Below, piece after piece: positions 63,774 through 64,000 of a stretch of 64,000 nt of DNA (position 1 is its first letter; every line of letters starts with the position of its first letter). The notes beneath the pieces were generated by a model. It saw only the letters and a program-made list of their open reading frames with translations, was not told where the DNA came from and did no database searches. The stretch comes from Solirubrobacteraceae bacterium (GTDB lineage Bacteria > Actinomycetota > Thermoleophilia > Solirubrobacterales > Solirubrobacteraceae): assembly GCA_045805505.1 (NCBI GenBank), contig JBJMLA010000153.1:13134-77133 (forward strand), in the 5' to 3' direction. A program made the translations under genes and the position numbers.

Positions 63774-64000
63774 ATGTCCGCTTCGACGATCTCCGCACCC
63801 CTGCGCGTCGCCCGCCCGCGGGCGCTCGCACGACTCGCCGCGCGCCCCGAGCTGGCCGGGCTGCTCGTGCTCGCCGCGCTGCTGAACCTGTGGTCGCTGA
63901 GCCGCAACGGGATGGCCAACGAGTACTACTCGGCCGCCGTGCGCTCGATGAGCACGAGCTGGCACGCGTTCCTGTACGGCTCGTTCGACGCTTCTGGCGT
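63774..64000 (+). CDS. N-terminal fragment of a GT39 (ArnT/PMT-like) membrane glycosyltransferase (3' end outside the window)
   Basis: ATG 63774 is open to the window end and is not in the track. LLVLAALLNLWSLSRNGMANEYYSAAVRSMSTSWHAFLYGSFDASG matches the conserved N-terminus of actinobacterial GT39 enzymes. Confidence 0.7.
   Translation, partial: MSASTISAPLRVARPRALARLAARPELAGLLVLAALLNLWSLSRNGMANEYYSAAVRSMSTSWHAFLYGSFDASG

Overview
The window is a gene-dense stretch of a very GC-rich chromosome, with third codon positions almost all G/C and actinobacterial-type gene content. All family calls below come from reading motifs in the supplied translations. No database search or folding program was run.

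I support about 65 protein genes, 2 tRNAs (Pro-UGG, Arg-UCU), several hairpins and two repeat-rich intergenic regions. I saw no rRNA, CRISPR array, transposase, integrase or phage genes.

Main blocks:
- 1-7.3 kb: a tightly overlapping minus-strand array holding a beta-oxidation pair, VOC protein, ECF sigma, Ogt, secreted beta-helix protein and lipoprotein.
- 8.1-11.4 kb: DUF1015, OsmC, CoA-type Nudix and a sigma4/ZAS membrane protein.
- 12-17 kb: the tRNAs, an MFS pump, a methyltransferase and an aminotransferase.
- 16.6-20 kb: large secreted repeat proteins.
- 21.9-31.6 kb: a complete mce-type lipid-uptake operon (yrbEAB plus six Mce proteins), followed by an SCP2-thiolase, an acyl-CoA dehydrogenase and an MpaB-like oxygenase.
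- 38.6-44.4 kb: a PucR/GH31/RsbW-like kinase/beta-propeller/orphan-protein cluster.
- 44.4-47.8 kb: azlCD, then an Ada-AlkA fusion with a second ogt.
- 49-58 kb: envelope proteins, namely a cupredoxin, two PepSY-repeat paralogues, a TetR/MFS pair and a G1-peptidase-like gene.
- 58.5-64 kb: a ferric-reductase/ApbE operon divergent from an OmpR/HK two-component system, followed by GT2-GtrA and GT39 glycosyltransferases.

Nothing here is an unambiguous new system. The candidates most worth follow-up are:
1. Two structured, duplicated intergenic elements: 45393-45735 upstream of ada-alkA, and a 183-bp tandem repeat with a long nested hairpin at 58089-58479.
2. The translationally coupled ECF sigma-Ogt pair, which has no anti-sigma factor.
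3. The ferric-reductase/ApbE operon, whose expected FMN-binding substrate is replaced by a 98-aa Ser/Thr/Asp-rich protein.
4. The GH31/RsbW-like/propeller/522-aa orphan operon.
5. A recurring basic C-terminal beta-rich module on otherwise unrelated secreted proteins.

Many long alternative-frame ORFs in the track are high-GC artefacts and were rejected.
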